DNA of 64,000 bases from Acidobacteriota bacterium (GTDB lineage: Bacteria > Acidobacteriota > UBA6911). The stretch lies in the NCBI GenBank assembly GCA_963664705.1, contig OY761556.1, positions 5,184,001-5,248,000 on the forward strand, written 5' to 3'. The notes below the pieces were generated by a model that was not told where the DNA came from, searched no databases, and worked only from the letters and a program-made list of their open reading frames with translations. Below, in pieces: positions 37,802-47,611 of the stretch. Every line of letters starts with the position of its first letter. Positions within the stretch are counted from its first letter, which is position 1. A program made the position numbers and the translations under genes.

Positions 37802-38266
37802 ATGGCAGAAAAGCAGGTCGGAGAAAAATTAGTTGCCGCCAATCGGAAGGCCTTCCACGAATATTTCATCCTGGAAAAGCTGGAGGCGGGAATTGTCCTG
37901 CTGGGCACGGAAGTCAAAGCCATTCGTGAAGGTCGATTGAATCTCAAGGACAGCTACGCGCACGTGCAGGGAGGCGAGACCTTTCTTTTCAACTGCCACA
38001 TCAGTGCGTATTCGCATGGAAACAGGGAAAACCATGATCCGACGCGAACGCGGAAACTGCTGTTGCATCAAAGGGAAATCCAGAAGCTCATCGGGAAAAC
38101 CCAGGAAAAAGGCCTGACGCTTGTTCCTTTGCGCGTATACCTCAAGCGGGGAAAGGTGAAAGTGGAGCTCGGCGTGGCGCGCGGCAAGAAGCTGGTCGAT
38201 AAGCGAGAGTCCGAGAAACGCAAGGAAGCAGATCGGGAAGCAAAGTCTGCAATGAAGCATCGGTGA
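37802..38266 (+). CDS. smpB: SsrA-binding protein
   Basis: [38 protein letters not shown]. Confidence 0.97.
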   Translation: MAEKQVGEKLVAANRKAFHEYFILEKLEAGIVLLGTEVKAIREGRLNLKDSYAHVQGGETFLFNCHISAYSHGNRENHDPTRTRKLLLHQREIQKLIGKTQEKGLTLVPLRVYLKRGKVKVELGVARGKKLVDKRESEKRKEADREAKSAMKHR

Positions 38267-38315
38267 TAAATCCCAATCATCCAGTCCTGAATCGAGGGAC
38301 ATCCATGGAGGTATT

Positions 38316-39794
38316 ATGCAGATCGAGTATCAGCCTGGAGACTACCGAGAGCTCGCGTGTGATGTACTGGCATTCTCAATATTCGAGGAAGACAAAGCCG
38401 GCAAGTCTCTTGAGCCGCTGAATACGCTTACGCGAGGTGCCGTGAAATCGGTTTTATCTTCCGGCGAGTTCAAACCGGATCTGCATAACGCCTATAGAAT
38501 TTTTAAGCCGGCAGGATTGAAAGCTCGATATCTGCTCCTGCTGGGGGCCGGGAAAAAATCTCAATTTGAACCGGCAAGGCTTCGCGACCTCGCGGGCACA
38601 GCGGTGCGCTGCGCCAAGCAAAGCTCCGGCAAAACCGTTGGATTTCTATGCATCGGCAATCATCCCCCGGAAATAGCCTCGAGGCTGGCGGCCGAAGGTG
38701 CGCTGTATGCTGATTATCAGTCCGACATCTATAAAACCCGGGACAAGGAAAACAAAGAGGTTGAAAAGTTCCTGATCCTGTTCAACGGGAAGGCTCCGAA
38801 GGAAGCGGTTTGCGAGGGAATCCGGCGAGGCGTAATCATTGGAGAAGCAACAAATTTTGTACGCACGCTGTCCAATGAACCGGCCAATATTCTGACTCCT
38901 TCGCAGTTTGCCGTACGCGCCCTGGCTATGGCCGAGCAGTCCGGCCTGTTTGCGCGCGTGATGGAACAGGAGGAAATGCAGAAGCTGGGAATGAACACTC
39001 TCCTGGCTGTCAGCCGGGGCAGCGATGAGCCTCCAAAACTGATCATCCTTCAAACGCATGAGAATCTGGAAAAGCGAAAAGGGCCGATTTTCGCGCTCGT
39101 GGGGAAGGGTGTCACGTTTGACAGCGGCGGCATCTCCATCAAGCCTTCAGCAAAAATGGAGGACATGAAAGGGGACATGTCCGGCGGCGCTGCCGTACTG
39201 GGAGCCATGATTGCGCTGGGCCGGCTTCGCCCACGAATTCCTGTAATCGGCATTATCCCCGCAGTCGAAAATCTTCCGAGCGGCAAGGCAACGAAGCCTG
39301 GGGATGTCGTGAAGTCCTACCAGGGAAAAACGGTGGAGATCATCAACACCGATGCCGAAGGACGCTTGATCCTCGCCGACGCGCTGCACTATGCCCGGAC
39401 GCTGGGCGCCACGCATCTCATCGATATTGCCACGCTCACGGGCGCAGTGAACATTGCGCTGGGTCGCGTAAACGCAGGTGTTCTGGGTACGGACCAGAAA
39501 ACTATCGACCGGCTGCGTGCCAACGCCAGGATTACGGGCGAGAAGCTCTGGCAGCTCCCCATCGATGACGAGTATCGCAAGCTGATCCGAAGCGACATTG
39601 CCGATATCAAAAATGTCGGGGACGGCTCAGCAGGCGTCATTACGGCAGCAAAATTTCTTCAGGAGTTTGTAGGAGAAGCTCCCTGGGTCCATCTGGATAT
39701 TGCGGCCATGGATATCGATCATGACGGTCGTCCCTATGCCTGCAAGGGTGCTACCGCATTCGGCGTCCGCACGCTGATTGAACTGTTGGCGTAA
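38316..39794 (+). CDS. pepA: Leucyl aminopeptidase (M17)
   Basis: VGKGVTFDSGG, MKGDMSG, NTDAEGRLILAD, WVHLDIA. Confidence 0.95.
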   Translation: MQIEYQPGDYRELACDVLAFSIFEEDKAGKSLEPLNTLTRGAVKSVLSSGEFKPDLHNAYRIFKPAGLKARYLLLLGAGKKSQFEPARLRDLAGTAVRCAKQSSGKTVGFLCIGNHPPEIASRLAAEGALYADYQSDIYKTRDKENKEVEKFLILFNGKAPKEAVCEGIRRGVIIGEATNFVRTLSNEPANILTPSQFAVRALAMAEQSGLFARVMEQEEMQKLGMNTLLAVSRGSDEPPKLIILQTHENLEKRKGPIFALVGKGVTFDSGGISIKPSAKMEDMKGDMSGGAAVLGAMIALGRLRPRIPVIGIIPAVENLPSGKATKPGDVVKSYQGKTVEIINTDAEGRLILADALHYARTLGATHLIDIATLTGAVNIALGRVNAGVLGTDQKTIDRLRANARITGEKLWQLPIDDEYRKLIRSDIADIKNVGDGSAGVITAAKFLQEFVGEAPWVHLDIAAMDIDHDGRPYACKGATAFGVRTLIELLA

Positions 39795-39856
39795 TTCACG
39801 GCCTTCCGGAGCAACGCCAACCGGCCACGAAGTCAAATAAGCGATTACGGTAGAAG

Positions 39857-40882
39857 TTAAGCTGTCTGGGATCGGGGATGAGCTAGGCGCAGAGCCCAGT
39901 GAATAGCGGAATTCATGCTGGCGTGTTTTGCGATCCCTTTTCCGGCAATATCATAGGCCGTACCGTGATCGACGGATGTGCGGATAAATGGTAGACCAAG
40001 GGTTACATTTACCGTATCGCCAAATCCTATCAGCTTGATGGGCGCCAGCCCTTGATCGTGATACATGGCTAGTACCGCATCAAACTCCCCGTTGTAAGCC
40101 CTATAGAACAGCGTGTCGGCCGGCAATGGCCCGTGGATTGAAACTTCGGGGAAGTCTTTTTGTGCTCGCTCCACGGCAGGAACAATGTGAGCCTCGTCTT
40201 CGCTGCCCATTATCCCGGATTCACCCGCGTGAGGGTTGAGTCCTGCGACCGCTATGCGCGCACACGGCAAGCCCAGCTTCCGGAATTCCGTGATCAGAAT
40301 GTGCAGTTTGCGGTATACAAGCTCTGCGGTTACGGATTCGATAACGTCTCGCAGGGAAAGATGAATAGTCGCAAGAACCACTTTGAGGCGCTCGGTCAGA
40401 AAAGCCATCGCAATTTCCTGAGCACCCGAGAGATGAGCGAGAAACTCTGTATGGCCGGGAAAGTCATACCCCGCCGACTGGAAGTATTTTTTATTCAGCG
40501 GCGCCGTTACCATGGCATCCAGCAATCCCCGTCGACAGATGGAGGCGCATTCAAGGATATTGCGTGCTGCCGCATCACCGCTTGCTTTGGATCCAACGCC
40601 GATTTGGACAGGTCCGGAGGGAATATCGACAATACAGCGGTCCGGCACGGACCGCGTTTCCGCAAAATCGTGGACCGTCAGCCGCTCGAACTCGAACGGA
40701 ATCTTCAAGAGGGCAGACCTCGACCGTAACAGATCCCAGCAGCCGAAAAGCGCCAGGCGGCATGTGCCCAGAAATGCCTGCTCCCTGGCCGAGAGCAATG
40801 CTATTTCCGGACCTACACCGGCCGGGTCTCCCGTTGTTATTCCGAGCTGAGGATATTTTGCTAATTCTGGCAAGAGTGGCAC
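39857..40882 (-). CDS. pdxA: 4-hydroxythreonine-4-phosphate dehydrogenase PdxA
   Basis: GDPAGVGPE, GHTEFL, GLNPHAGE, MYHDQG, RTSVDHGTA. Confidence 0.95.
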   Translation of the reverse strand: MPLLPELAKYPQLGITTGDPAGVGPEIALLSAREQAFLGTCRLALFGCWDLLRSRSALLKIPFEFERLTVHDFAETRSVPDRCIVDIPSGPVQIGVGSKASGDAAARNILECASICRRGLLDAMVTAPLNKKYFQSAGYDFPGHTEFLAHLSGAQEIAMAFLTERLKVVLATIHLSLRDVIESVTAELVYRKLHILITEFRKLGLPCARIAVAGLNPHAGESGIMGSEDEAHIVPAVERAQKDFPEVSIHGPLPADTLFYRAYNGEFDAVLAMYHDQGLAPIKLIGFGDTVNVTLGLPFIRTSVDHGTAYDIAGKGIAKHASMNSAIHWALRLAHPRSQTA

Positions 40883-40962
40883 CGCCCGCCACAGGTCACG
40901 AGGGGTGAAGCTGTGAAGTATGCCTGCTATTAAGCATTCACTGCGCGATTGTGTTCAGCACT

Positions 40963-41289
40963 CTACTCCAAATCCACCTCATCGGGTTCCTGATCTTCAT
41001 TCTGCTTATACATGTACTTGATGACATGCTTCAGTATCAACAGATTGGGTCCATCACTTCGATGTACTTTGATGCAATTTTTGTCGTACCACTCAATGAC
41101 TCCTCTGATCTCCTCGCCGTCAGTCAGTTTGACGACCATCGGAGTCTTCGCAGCCATTTGTTTGATATAATAATAATTTTCCGCGTTCGTTATATCGGGC
41201 GGTACGCGTTTCCGAGGCACTGGCCCATACCGCGGCATCTGGTCCTTGATTTCGGACAAGCTCGGACGAATAAGTTTACGGTTCACCAT
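40963..41289 (-). CDS. Hfq/Sm-like RNA chaperone paralog
   Basis: Sm1 [18 protein letters not shown], Sm2-like [10 protein letters not shown]; SD GGAGG before ATG 41289. Confidence 0.8.
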   Translation of the reverse strand: MVNRKLIRPSLSEIKDQMPRYGPVPRKRVPPDITNAENYYYIKQMAAKTPMVVKLTDGEEIRGVIEWYDKNCIKVHRSDGPNLLILKHVIKYMYKQNEDQEPDEVDLE

Positions 41290-41418
41290 TAGACTTCCTC
41301 CAGGGGAGGTTACAGATAGAGCGATATCAATTTTCCGCGAGCGATACTGTACATTTAAGTACGAAAGCGAGCGCACGAAAAGCCGTATTAAAAGCAATTG
41401 TAGAACGGCATTCTATCT

Positions 41419-41447
41419 TTGACAAGAGAAAATTAATCCGCTAAATT
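41419..41447 (+). promoter_or_regulatory. Sigma70-type promoter for the TPR gene
   Basis: TTGACA-17 bp-TAAATT. Confidence 0.6.
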
Positions 41448-41457
41448 TGGCCATACA

Positions 41458-41910
41458 ATGGACTTACAAAGAAAGATTTGTTCCCTTTTTGCAACTGTTC
41501 CAAAATTTCGCATTCTAGCATTTTTGTTTCCGCTGTCACTTCTCCCAGGTCTGTCCTATGCCGCCCAAAAGCCCGGTTTGATCCGGGATACCGGCGTGGC
41601 GGACGCCGTGGAGACCGCACCGGAGGCCAAAGTGCCGGATCCGATTTTATGCGAGAAAAATATTAGTATCGGCGACTTTTACTTCAAACAGAAGAATTAT
41701 GCTGCGGCAATTCGCAGATATCTTGACGCCATCGAGTATCAGGCTGATTCGGCTCGAGCGCACGATGCGCTGGCCCGAGCCTATCAGAAGAACGATCAGG
41801 CAGCCAAAGCGATCGCGGTATACAGGCAGTTTATCGAGAAAAACCCCGATTCGCCCAATATCGCCGAATTCCGTACGAAGCTTGCCAGGCTGGAAAAAAG
41901 CGCCAAATAG
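41458..41910 (+). CDS. Exported tetratricopeptide repeat protein
   Basis: IGDFYFKQKNYAAAIRRY, LARAYQK..AIAVYRQFIEKNPDSP. Confidence 0.8.
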   Translation: MDLQRKICSLFATVPKFRILAFLFPLSLLPGLSYAAQKPGLIRDTGVADAVETAPEAKVPDPILCEKNISIGDFYFKQKNYAAAIRRYLDAIEYQADSARAHDALARAYQKNDQAAKAIAVYRQFIEKNPDSPNIAEFRTKLARLEKSAK

Positions 41911-41971
41911 ACGCCCCGCGCCTGACTCCCCTTTAAATCCAAACGGTGGCAGTCAGAGCACCGGTTAAAAT

Positions 41972-43057
41972 CTATCCATGATGCGTTCCAAGGGCGACGA
42001 ACATCGACTCGACTGCAAGTTGTTTATTAACATTATTTTGCAGGTCACGTTTGAGTTTTTCGACGGCATGAATCGCACGCACGTAGACTTCACGTGAAAT
42101 GGATCGGGCCAGCTGCGTCAGAGTTTCCCGCAAATCTCGCTGAGCCACGCGATCCGGCGCAACGTCGCAAAAATAGATATCCCGCAGCAAGGCCGATACG
42201 GTTTCGATCCACAGCAAAAACAGCTCTTTATCCTTTTCCTTTGTAACCTGAACCGCGATGTTGCTGACTTCAACGAATCTCCCGCGCCGGAGAAGCAGAT
42301 TTACAAACTGAAGCGCCTGGGTCCGAATCTCCCGGTATTCCGTGGTATCGACACTGAGAGCCGTGCCGAGGCTTCCCCCGCTAATAGCGGCAGCCAGGCG
42401 CGCCTCTTCCGCTGCCATCCGCGCATTCGTGGCCAAAAATCGCTCAATCGCCTCCTGCGGAATCGCGCCGAACTGAAGCATGCGCGAACGCGAGCGGATC
42501 GTCTGTAGCAGCGAATACGGGTTTGCCGTAATCAGGATCAGGATCGTGCGGCTGGCCGGTTCCTCCAATGTTTTGAGCAGGGAATTCTGGGCGGCCGCCT
42601 GCATCTCGCCTGCAGGATCGAAAATGACCACGCGGTAGCGAGCTTCTGCCGGCTGAAATGCAATCTCGTCAATCAGGTCCCGGACCTGATCAATCGTGAT
42701 GATGCTTTTTTCATCGGGCTCAATCAAACGAACATCCGGATGCCGCCTGGCTCGGATCTGGCAGTTGGCGCAGGTTCCGCAGAAACCGGTCTTGAGTGTT
42801 TTGCATGGCAAATGACGGCTTTCCAGAATGGCCAGGATCCGCCGGCACGCCGAACAATGGCCGCAAGCGCTGTTCGAAACCGGGGACAGGCAATTCAACT
42901 GCTGGGCAACCAGCAGAGCCAGCGTGGCTTTACCGACGCCTTGCGGCCCGGCAAAAATCATGGCATGCGGTAGGCGATCCTGGGCGATCGCCCGTTTCAG
43001 GATCTCGACGGAATGCGCATTTCCAATAAAACTATCCATGTTCGCCGGAACTGTCAT
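41972..43057 (-). CDS. holB: DNA polymerase III subunit delta'
   Basis: RLPHAMIFAGPQGVGK, HPDV, AQNSLLKTLEEP, TIRSR; downstream of tmk. Confidence 0.93.
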   Translation of the reverse strand: MTVPANMDSFIGNAHSVEILKRAIAQDRLPHAMIFAGPQGVGKATLALLVAQQLNCLSPVSNSACGHCSACRRILAILESRHLPCKTLKTGFCGTCANCQIRARRHPDVRLIEPDEKSIITIDQVRDLIDEIAFQPAEARYRVVIFDPAGEMQAAAQNSLLKTLEEPASRTILILITANPYSLLQTIRSRSRMLQFGAIPQEAIERFLATNARMAAEEARLAAAISGGSLGTALSVDTTEYREIRTQALQFVNLLLRRGRFVEVSNIAVQVTKEKDKELFLLWIETVSALLRDIYFCDVAPDRVAQRDLRETLTQLARSISREVYVRAIHAVEKLKRDLQNNVNKQLAVESMFVALGTHHG

Positions 43058-43067
43058 GATGCCTCTT

Positions 43068-43700
43068 TCAGGAGAACCAGCCGTCCAGCAGCCGGCAAAC
43101 CCGGTCCGATACTTCGTCCGGAGTCCCCGATGCCGGCACAACACTGATGCGCTGCGGTGCGCCTATCGCCAGCTCAAGGTATGCCGCGCGCACCTTTGCG
43201 TGAAACTCAATTGCTTCCGCTTCAAAACGGCCTTCGGCTAAAGCTATTTCTGACTCGAGGTTTCGGGCCCGCGCTCGTGCCAGTCCGATCTCCGCGTCAA
43301 GATCCAGCAGAATCGTCTTATCCGGTTCAATAATGCCGAGGATTTTGCTCAGTTGTTCTATTTCGGCCCCGGGGATGCCGCGTGCCACTCCCTGATAAGC
43401 TCGCGTGGCATCCTGGTAACGATCCGACAGGACGACAACTCCCCTGCCCACCGCCGGCTCAATGACTTCCTTGATGTGTTGATATCGATCCGCCAGATAA
43501 AGCAGCAACTCGCTGCGAGAATCAATGCGATAGCCGTGCAGCCCCAGAAGAACGCGTCGGAGTGCCACACCGAATTCTGTTCCCCCCGGCTCCCTCGTAA
43601 TCAGGCATTCGATGCCCTTTTTTTCCTCGAGAAAAGTCTTGGCGCGGGCTATTTGCAGGCTTTTTCCAGAACCTTCAATTCCCTCAAATGTGATAAACAC
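43068..43700 (-). CDS. tmk: Thymidylate kinase
   Basis: FITFEGIEGSGKS, TREPGG, LYLADR, SDRY, AYQG. Confidence 0.96.
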   Translation of the reverse strand: MFITFEGIEGSGKSLQIARAKTFLEEKKGIECLITREPGGTEFGVALRRVLLGLHGYRIDSRSELLLYLADRYQHIKEVIEPAVGRGVVVLSDRYQDATRAYQGVARGIPGAEIEQLSKILGIIEPDKTILLDLDAEIGLARARARNLESEIALAEGRFEAEAIEFHAKVRAAYLELAIGAPQRISVVPASGTPDEVSDRVCRLLDGWFS

Positions 43701-43857
43701 AGGGATCCTTGCAACTGTTGGTGAATATCTCTTAGAATTCCGCTGAGAGCAGCTTCCGCCATGGCGGTGCCGCCTTCAGAGTAACAAAGCACGATGCGCA
43801 ACTCAACAGGCGCGCGGTCCTGCTTCGAATTCGAATAATGCGGAAGATTATACATTG

Positions 43858-44553
43858 ATGGATTACATTGCCCGCAACATAGAAGAAATACGAGAACAAA
43901 TGGCGAACGCTGCCACGCGGTGCGGACGCAGGATCGATACGATCTCGCTATTAGCTGTCAGTAAGACATTTCCGAAGGAACTGGTCGCCGCTGCCGCTGC
44001 AGCCGGCATTCGTATGTTCGGCGAGAACCGAGTGCAGGAAGCGGAAACAAAGATTCCGCTGCTTTCCGATATGCCCGACTTGCAATGGCATTTGATCGGG
44101 CATCTGCAGACCAATAAGACCAAGCGGGCGGTGGAATTGTTCGACGTTATTCACTCGGTGGACAGCGTTAAACTTGCAGCCAGGCTCGACCAGTTCAGCC
44201 AGGAAGCCGGGAAGATACTGTCGGTGCTAATCCAGGTTGATCTTGGAGGGGAAGAGACCAAATTTGGAGCAGATCCGGAACGGATTCGTGAAATCGTGTC
44301 GGCGGTATCCGACTGCAGGAGTCTGCGCCTCGATGGACTGATGACAATTCCGCCGTTTTTTGAGGACCCGAATCGGGTCCGCCCTTACTTTGCAAAGCTT
44401 CGAGAGATTCGGGATGCTTTGGACGCCGAACAGCCGGGATGTCTCGGACTGAATCACCTGTCCATGGGCATGAGCCATGATTTTGAGCAGGCGATTGAGG
44501 AAGGCGCTACTATTTTGCGGATAGGAACTGCTATTTTCGGGATGCGTGCATGA
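43858..44553 (+). CDS. yggS: PLP homeostasis protein YggS
   Basis: LLAVSKT, FGENRVQE, WHLIGHLQTNK, LSMGMSHDF, RIGTAIFG. Confidence 0.95.
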   Translation: MDYIARNIEEIREQMANAATRCGRRIDTISLLAVSKTFPKELVAAAAAAGIRMFGENRVQEAETKIPLLSDMPDLQWHLIGHLQTNKTKRAVELFDVIHSVDSVKLAARLDQFSQEAGKILSVLIQVDLGGEETKFGADPERIREIVSAVSDCRSLRLDGLMTIPPFFEDPNRVRPYFAKLREIRDALDAEQPGCLGLNHLSMGMSHDFEQAIEEGATILRIGTAIFGMRA

Positions 44554-44852
44554 ATTCCACAGAGTTGGATATCCGCGCAACTGCTGAAGGGCTTTGTGTC
44601 CGGCTGCACGTCCAACCGCGGGCGAAGCACAGCGAAATCTCGGGCACTCATAACGGAGCGCTAAAAATGAAGATCACCGCTCCACCCGTTGACGATGCCG
44701 CAAACCGGGCCGTCATTGAGTACTTTTCTTCTCTCTTCGGTATTCCAAAATCCAATCTCCGGATAATCTCCGGCCTGAAATCCAGAGAAAAAACCCTTCA
44801 AATCAAAGGTCTCTCTCTTTCCACTTTCATCTCGGGGATCGGACCGACATAG
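44550..44852 (+). CDS. DUF167 (YggU) protein
   Basis: VQPRAK, APPVDDAAN, SGLKSREK; overlaps yggS stop. Confidence 0.9.
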   Translation: MNSTELDIRATAEGLCVRLHVQPRAKHSEISGTHNGALKMKITAPPVDDAANRAVIEYFSSLFGIPKSNLRIISGLKSREKTLQIKGLSLSTFISGIGPT

Positions 44853-44893
44853 GGCTTGCATGGCCCCTGGCTTCATTTCAGGCCAAGCCGACG

Positions 44894-45652
44894 TTATAGT
44901 TCAGAAGCAAGTGACACGACGACGGCGGTGATGTTATCCGGACCACCGCCGGAATTGGCTGCGGCCACCAGAATATCGCTCAACTGCCGGACATCGCCTC
45001 CTCCGCTCAGAAGAATGCGGCAGAGTTCTGCATCCGACAGAACATCTGTCAGGCCATCCGAGCAAAGCAAGAAGAGGTCTCTTTCCATGATCGGACCGGT
45101 CCACAGATCCGCTTCCACTTGAGGCTGCGTCCCGATTGAGCGTGTAATCAGGTTTTTGCGTGGATTTCTCGAAATGCCTTCCTTGGTGATCATGCCGCTT
45201 TTATACAGAGGCCAGACCAGCGAATGATCTTCGGTCAACTGCACAAGCTCGCCGTTGCGCAGAAGGTAGGCGCGGGAGTCTCCAACCTGGGCCACATGAT
45301 AGCGGTCGATCGTAAACGTCAATGCCGTCAAGGTGCTCCCCATTCCGCGATACTCGGCATTGGCTTTTTGAGTTTCGTACACGGTTGTGTTCGCATCGTG
45401 AACGGCGAACCGGAGGCGCTCTTCGATACTCGGAAGGGCGTGATTTGCGGACAAGATGGCCTGCACTTTTTCGGCCGTCATGCGGCTGGCAATTTCACCC
45501 GCAGCGTGACCGCCCATACCATCGGCCACAATGAATATTCCATTGCTAACATCAGTAATAAAGTAATCTTCGTTGGAAATCCTGATTCTTCCCTGATCGC
45601 TTTTTGCTCCACATTCGATGTGCAAGGATATCGCTCCGATTATCTGATTCAA
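44894..45652 (-). CDS. PP2C-family Ser/Thr protein phosphatase (Stp1-like)
   Basis: SDQGRIR.SNED, VADGMGGHAAGE, GDSRAY, CSDGL, GGPDNIT. Confidence 0.95.
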   Translation of the reverse strand: MNQIIGAISLHIECGAKSDQGRIRISNEDYFITDVSNGIFIVADGMGGHAAGEIASRMTAEKVQAILSANHALPSIEERLRFAVHDANTTVYETQKANAEYRGMGSTLTALTFTIDRYHVAQVGDSRAYLLRNGELVQLTEDHSLVWPLYKSGMITKEGISRNPRKNLITRSIGTQPQVEADLWTGPIMERDLFLLCSDGLTDVLSDAELCRILLSGGGDVRQLSDILVAAANSGGGPDNITAVVVSLASEL

Positions 45653-45828
45653 CCTGCATACTAGTCACTCTCACTTTAGAACTAAACTACCAACTTTCAA
45701 AGCGTTTTAAACCGAGCACCCATGCACAACAAACCGAAGAATCCACACGATTTGAGTTCATTGCGGCACGCGCCCTGTCAAACGCCTGTTATGGTAGAAT
45801 ATCGCTTAAATCTATTTTGAGGAAATTC

Positions 45829-47592
45829 ATGAGACATTGGCAATTCCGCACTCGGGTCCTTTGTTCGATGCTTGCCATCTTCCTTTGTACTCTTCTCGGC
45901 TATGCCGGCGTGTCCAGAGCCATCCAGGATCAATACAAGAAGACCTATGAAAACAAGGCAATGTTTCTGAAAATCCCGATCTACTCGGAACGGCAGATGG
46001 TTCTCATCAGCGGGCAGACCTTCCGTGTGGAACAAGGCACTGGAGCGCCACGATTCAAAGTCGGGGATCAGCTTCGCGTGCTTCTTGTTGATTTTGGAGG
46101 AGACGAAATCAAGTTCAAACTGGGGACTATCGGAGCTCCGGGAGGCGTGGAGCTGGGATTCAAGTTTGATTCCAGCCTGCAGGAAGGGTTTGCCAATAGA
46201 GATGTTTTCGATCGGGCGCTGCAGGCCACTTTGACCGAGGGATTGAAGTATACGGATATCGACGAAGCCAAAGACAGTTTTGTCAGGGATCAATTCGACC
46301 GGGCGGTGAAGGAAATGGCGGGATCCGCATCCATCAGCCGGGAGGCTGTTCTCAAAAACATTGCTCCATTCGTACCGGCCTATCTGGAAGCGCAGCGCGA
46401 TATTGATAACCTGAAAAACAGGGTCCAGGATATTTCTTCTCAGCTATCCCAATCACAATCCGAGAATCGCAAGCTTGAATCTGATTCCCGGGCGCAGCAG
46501 GCGGAATTGACGCGGCTTCGAAACACCAATGCTTCCTTGCAGGATAAACTCGAAGGCTATACCTCGCAGATTTCCAAGCTGGGGGATGAGGTTCGTGATG
46601 CCAAGGGAAACGCGCAGGGATACCAAAAAGAACTGGCCAATATTCAACGTTCGCTTAATATGCGGGTGGATTCCAATCGCGACCTGACGGCACAAATCTC
46701 GGATCTCGGCCAGGTTTTGAAGAAGCTGCAAAAGGACAATGATTCTCTGGCGAACCAGGTCTCTTCGCTGCGGGCAAACCTGGATGCGCAGCAGGCATCG
46801 AATGCGCGCCTGGTTGCTGATAATGAAGAATTCAAGGCGGAAACCCGCAGTTTGAAGAGCACCCTCGCAACCCTGACTTCTTCTAAAGATTCGCTGGGCA
46901 GGCAGTATCTCGATCTGAAGACCGAGAAGGAAAAACTCGACGACTTAACTCAAGCCGTCAAGTCGCTGCGCACCCGGGTTGAAGAGGAATCTTCTGAAGG
47001 CGGCGCTTATACCAGCAAGGTAAATGTATACCTGAAGGATGTATTGATCGGCTCTCTATACTGGAACGTTCCGGCCTACCTGAATCGAAATGAAACGAAA
47101 GCCACCGATGCAAGTTTTTCCGCGGCTTCGATTGACTACGTGCGGCTGAATCCCGAGGAGCGGCATATTCTGAAAACGCTGGGAGAGAAACTGAAAATCC
47201 GCCTCGACCTCGTCTCCTCCTTGGATTCCATGACGGTGACGCCGGGTCCGAACAAACCGATCCAGGAAACCGGGGAGCGAGATCAATCCAAATGGCAATG
47301 GAATATCGACAACCAGGGATCAAAGGATGTGCGGCTCGTGCTGACGGCCCGATTGATCAACAAGGATGCGCGGGAAATTCCGCTTTTCCAGCAGGAGAGC
47401 CTCGTAGCCGCCTCCAACATGGTTCGACAGGTTCGTGGGTATCTTCAACCGATACCCGTGATTGTAGGAGCAATCCTCGGATTCCTTCTTTTCGGCATTG
47501 TCGGTGTATTCCGGCGTGGATCGCGCCGCAGGCATATTGAGCCGCCCCGAGACAACCTTCGCACCGATTACGTGGATAAGAAACAGCTTTAA
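45829..47592 (+). CDS. Exported long coiled-coil protein with C-terminal membrane anchor
   Basis: Signal-like N-terminus, about 240 aa of heptad-rich helix, C-terminal TM IPVIVGAILGFLLFGIVGVF plus basic tail. Confidence 0.75.
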   Translation: MRHWQFRTRVLCSMLAIFLCTLLGYAGVSRAIQDQYKKTYENKAMFLKIPIYSERQMVLISGQTFRVEQGTGAPRFKVGDQLRVLLVDFGGDEIKFKLGTIGAPGGVELGFKFDSSLQEGFANRDVFDRALQATLTEGLKYTDIDEAKDSFVRDQFDRAVKEMAGSASISREAVLKNIAPFVPAYLEAQRDIDNLKNRVQDISSQLSQSQSENRKLESDSRAQQAELTRLRNTNASLQDKLEGYTSQISKLGDEVRDAKGNAQGYQKELANIQRSLNMRVDSNRDLTAQISDLGQVLKKLQKDNDSLANQVSSLRANLDAQQASNARLVADNEEFKAETRSLKSTLATLTSSKDSLGRQYLDLKTEKEKLDDLTQAVKSLRTRVEEESSEGGAYTSKVNVYLKDVLIGSLYWNVPAYLNRNETKATDASFSAASIDYVRLNPEERHILKTLGEKLKIRLDLVSSLDSMTVTPGPNKPIQETGERDQSKWQWNIDNQGSKDVRLVLTARLINKDAREIPLFQQESLVAASNMVRQVRGYLQPIPVIVGAILGFLLFGIVGVFRRGSRRRHIEPPRDNLRTDYVDKKQL

Positions 47593-47611
47593 ACTGGTGG
47601 TGTTGTGGCTG

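Noticed and set aside
37700-38320. tmRNA or tRNA near smpB
   Set aside because: No tRNA-like ends and insufficient intergenic space
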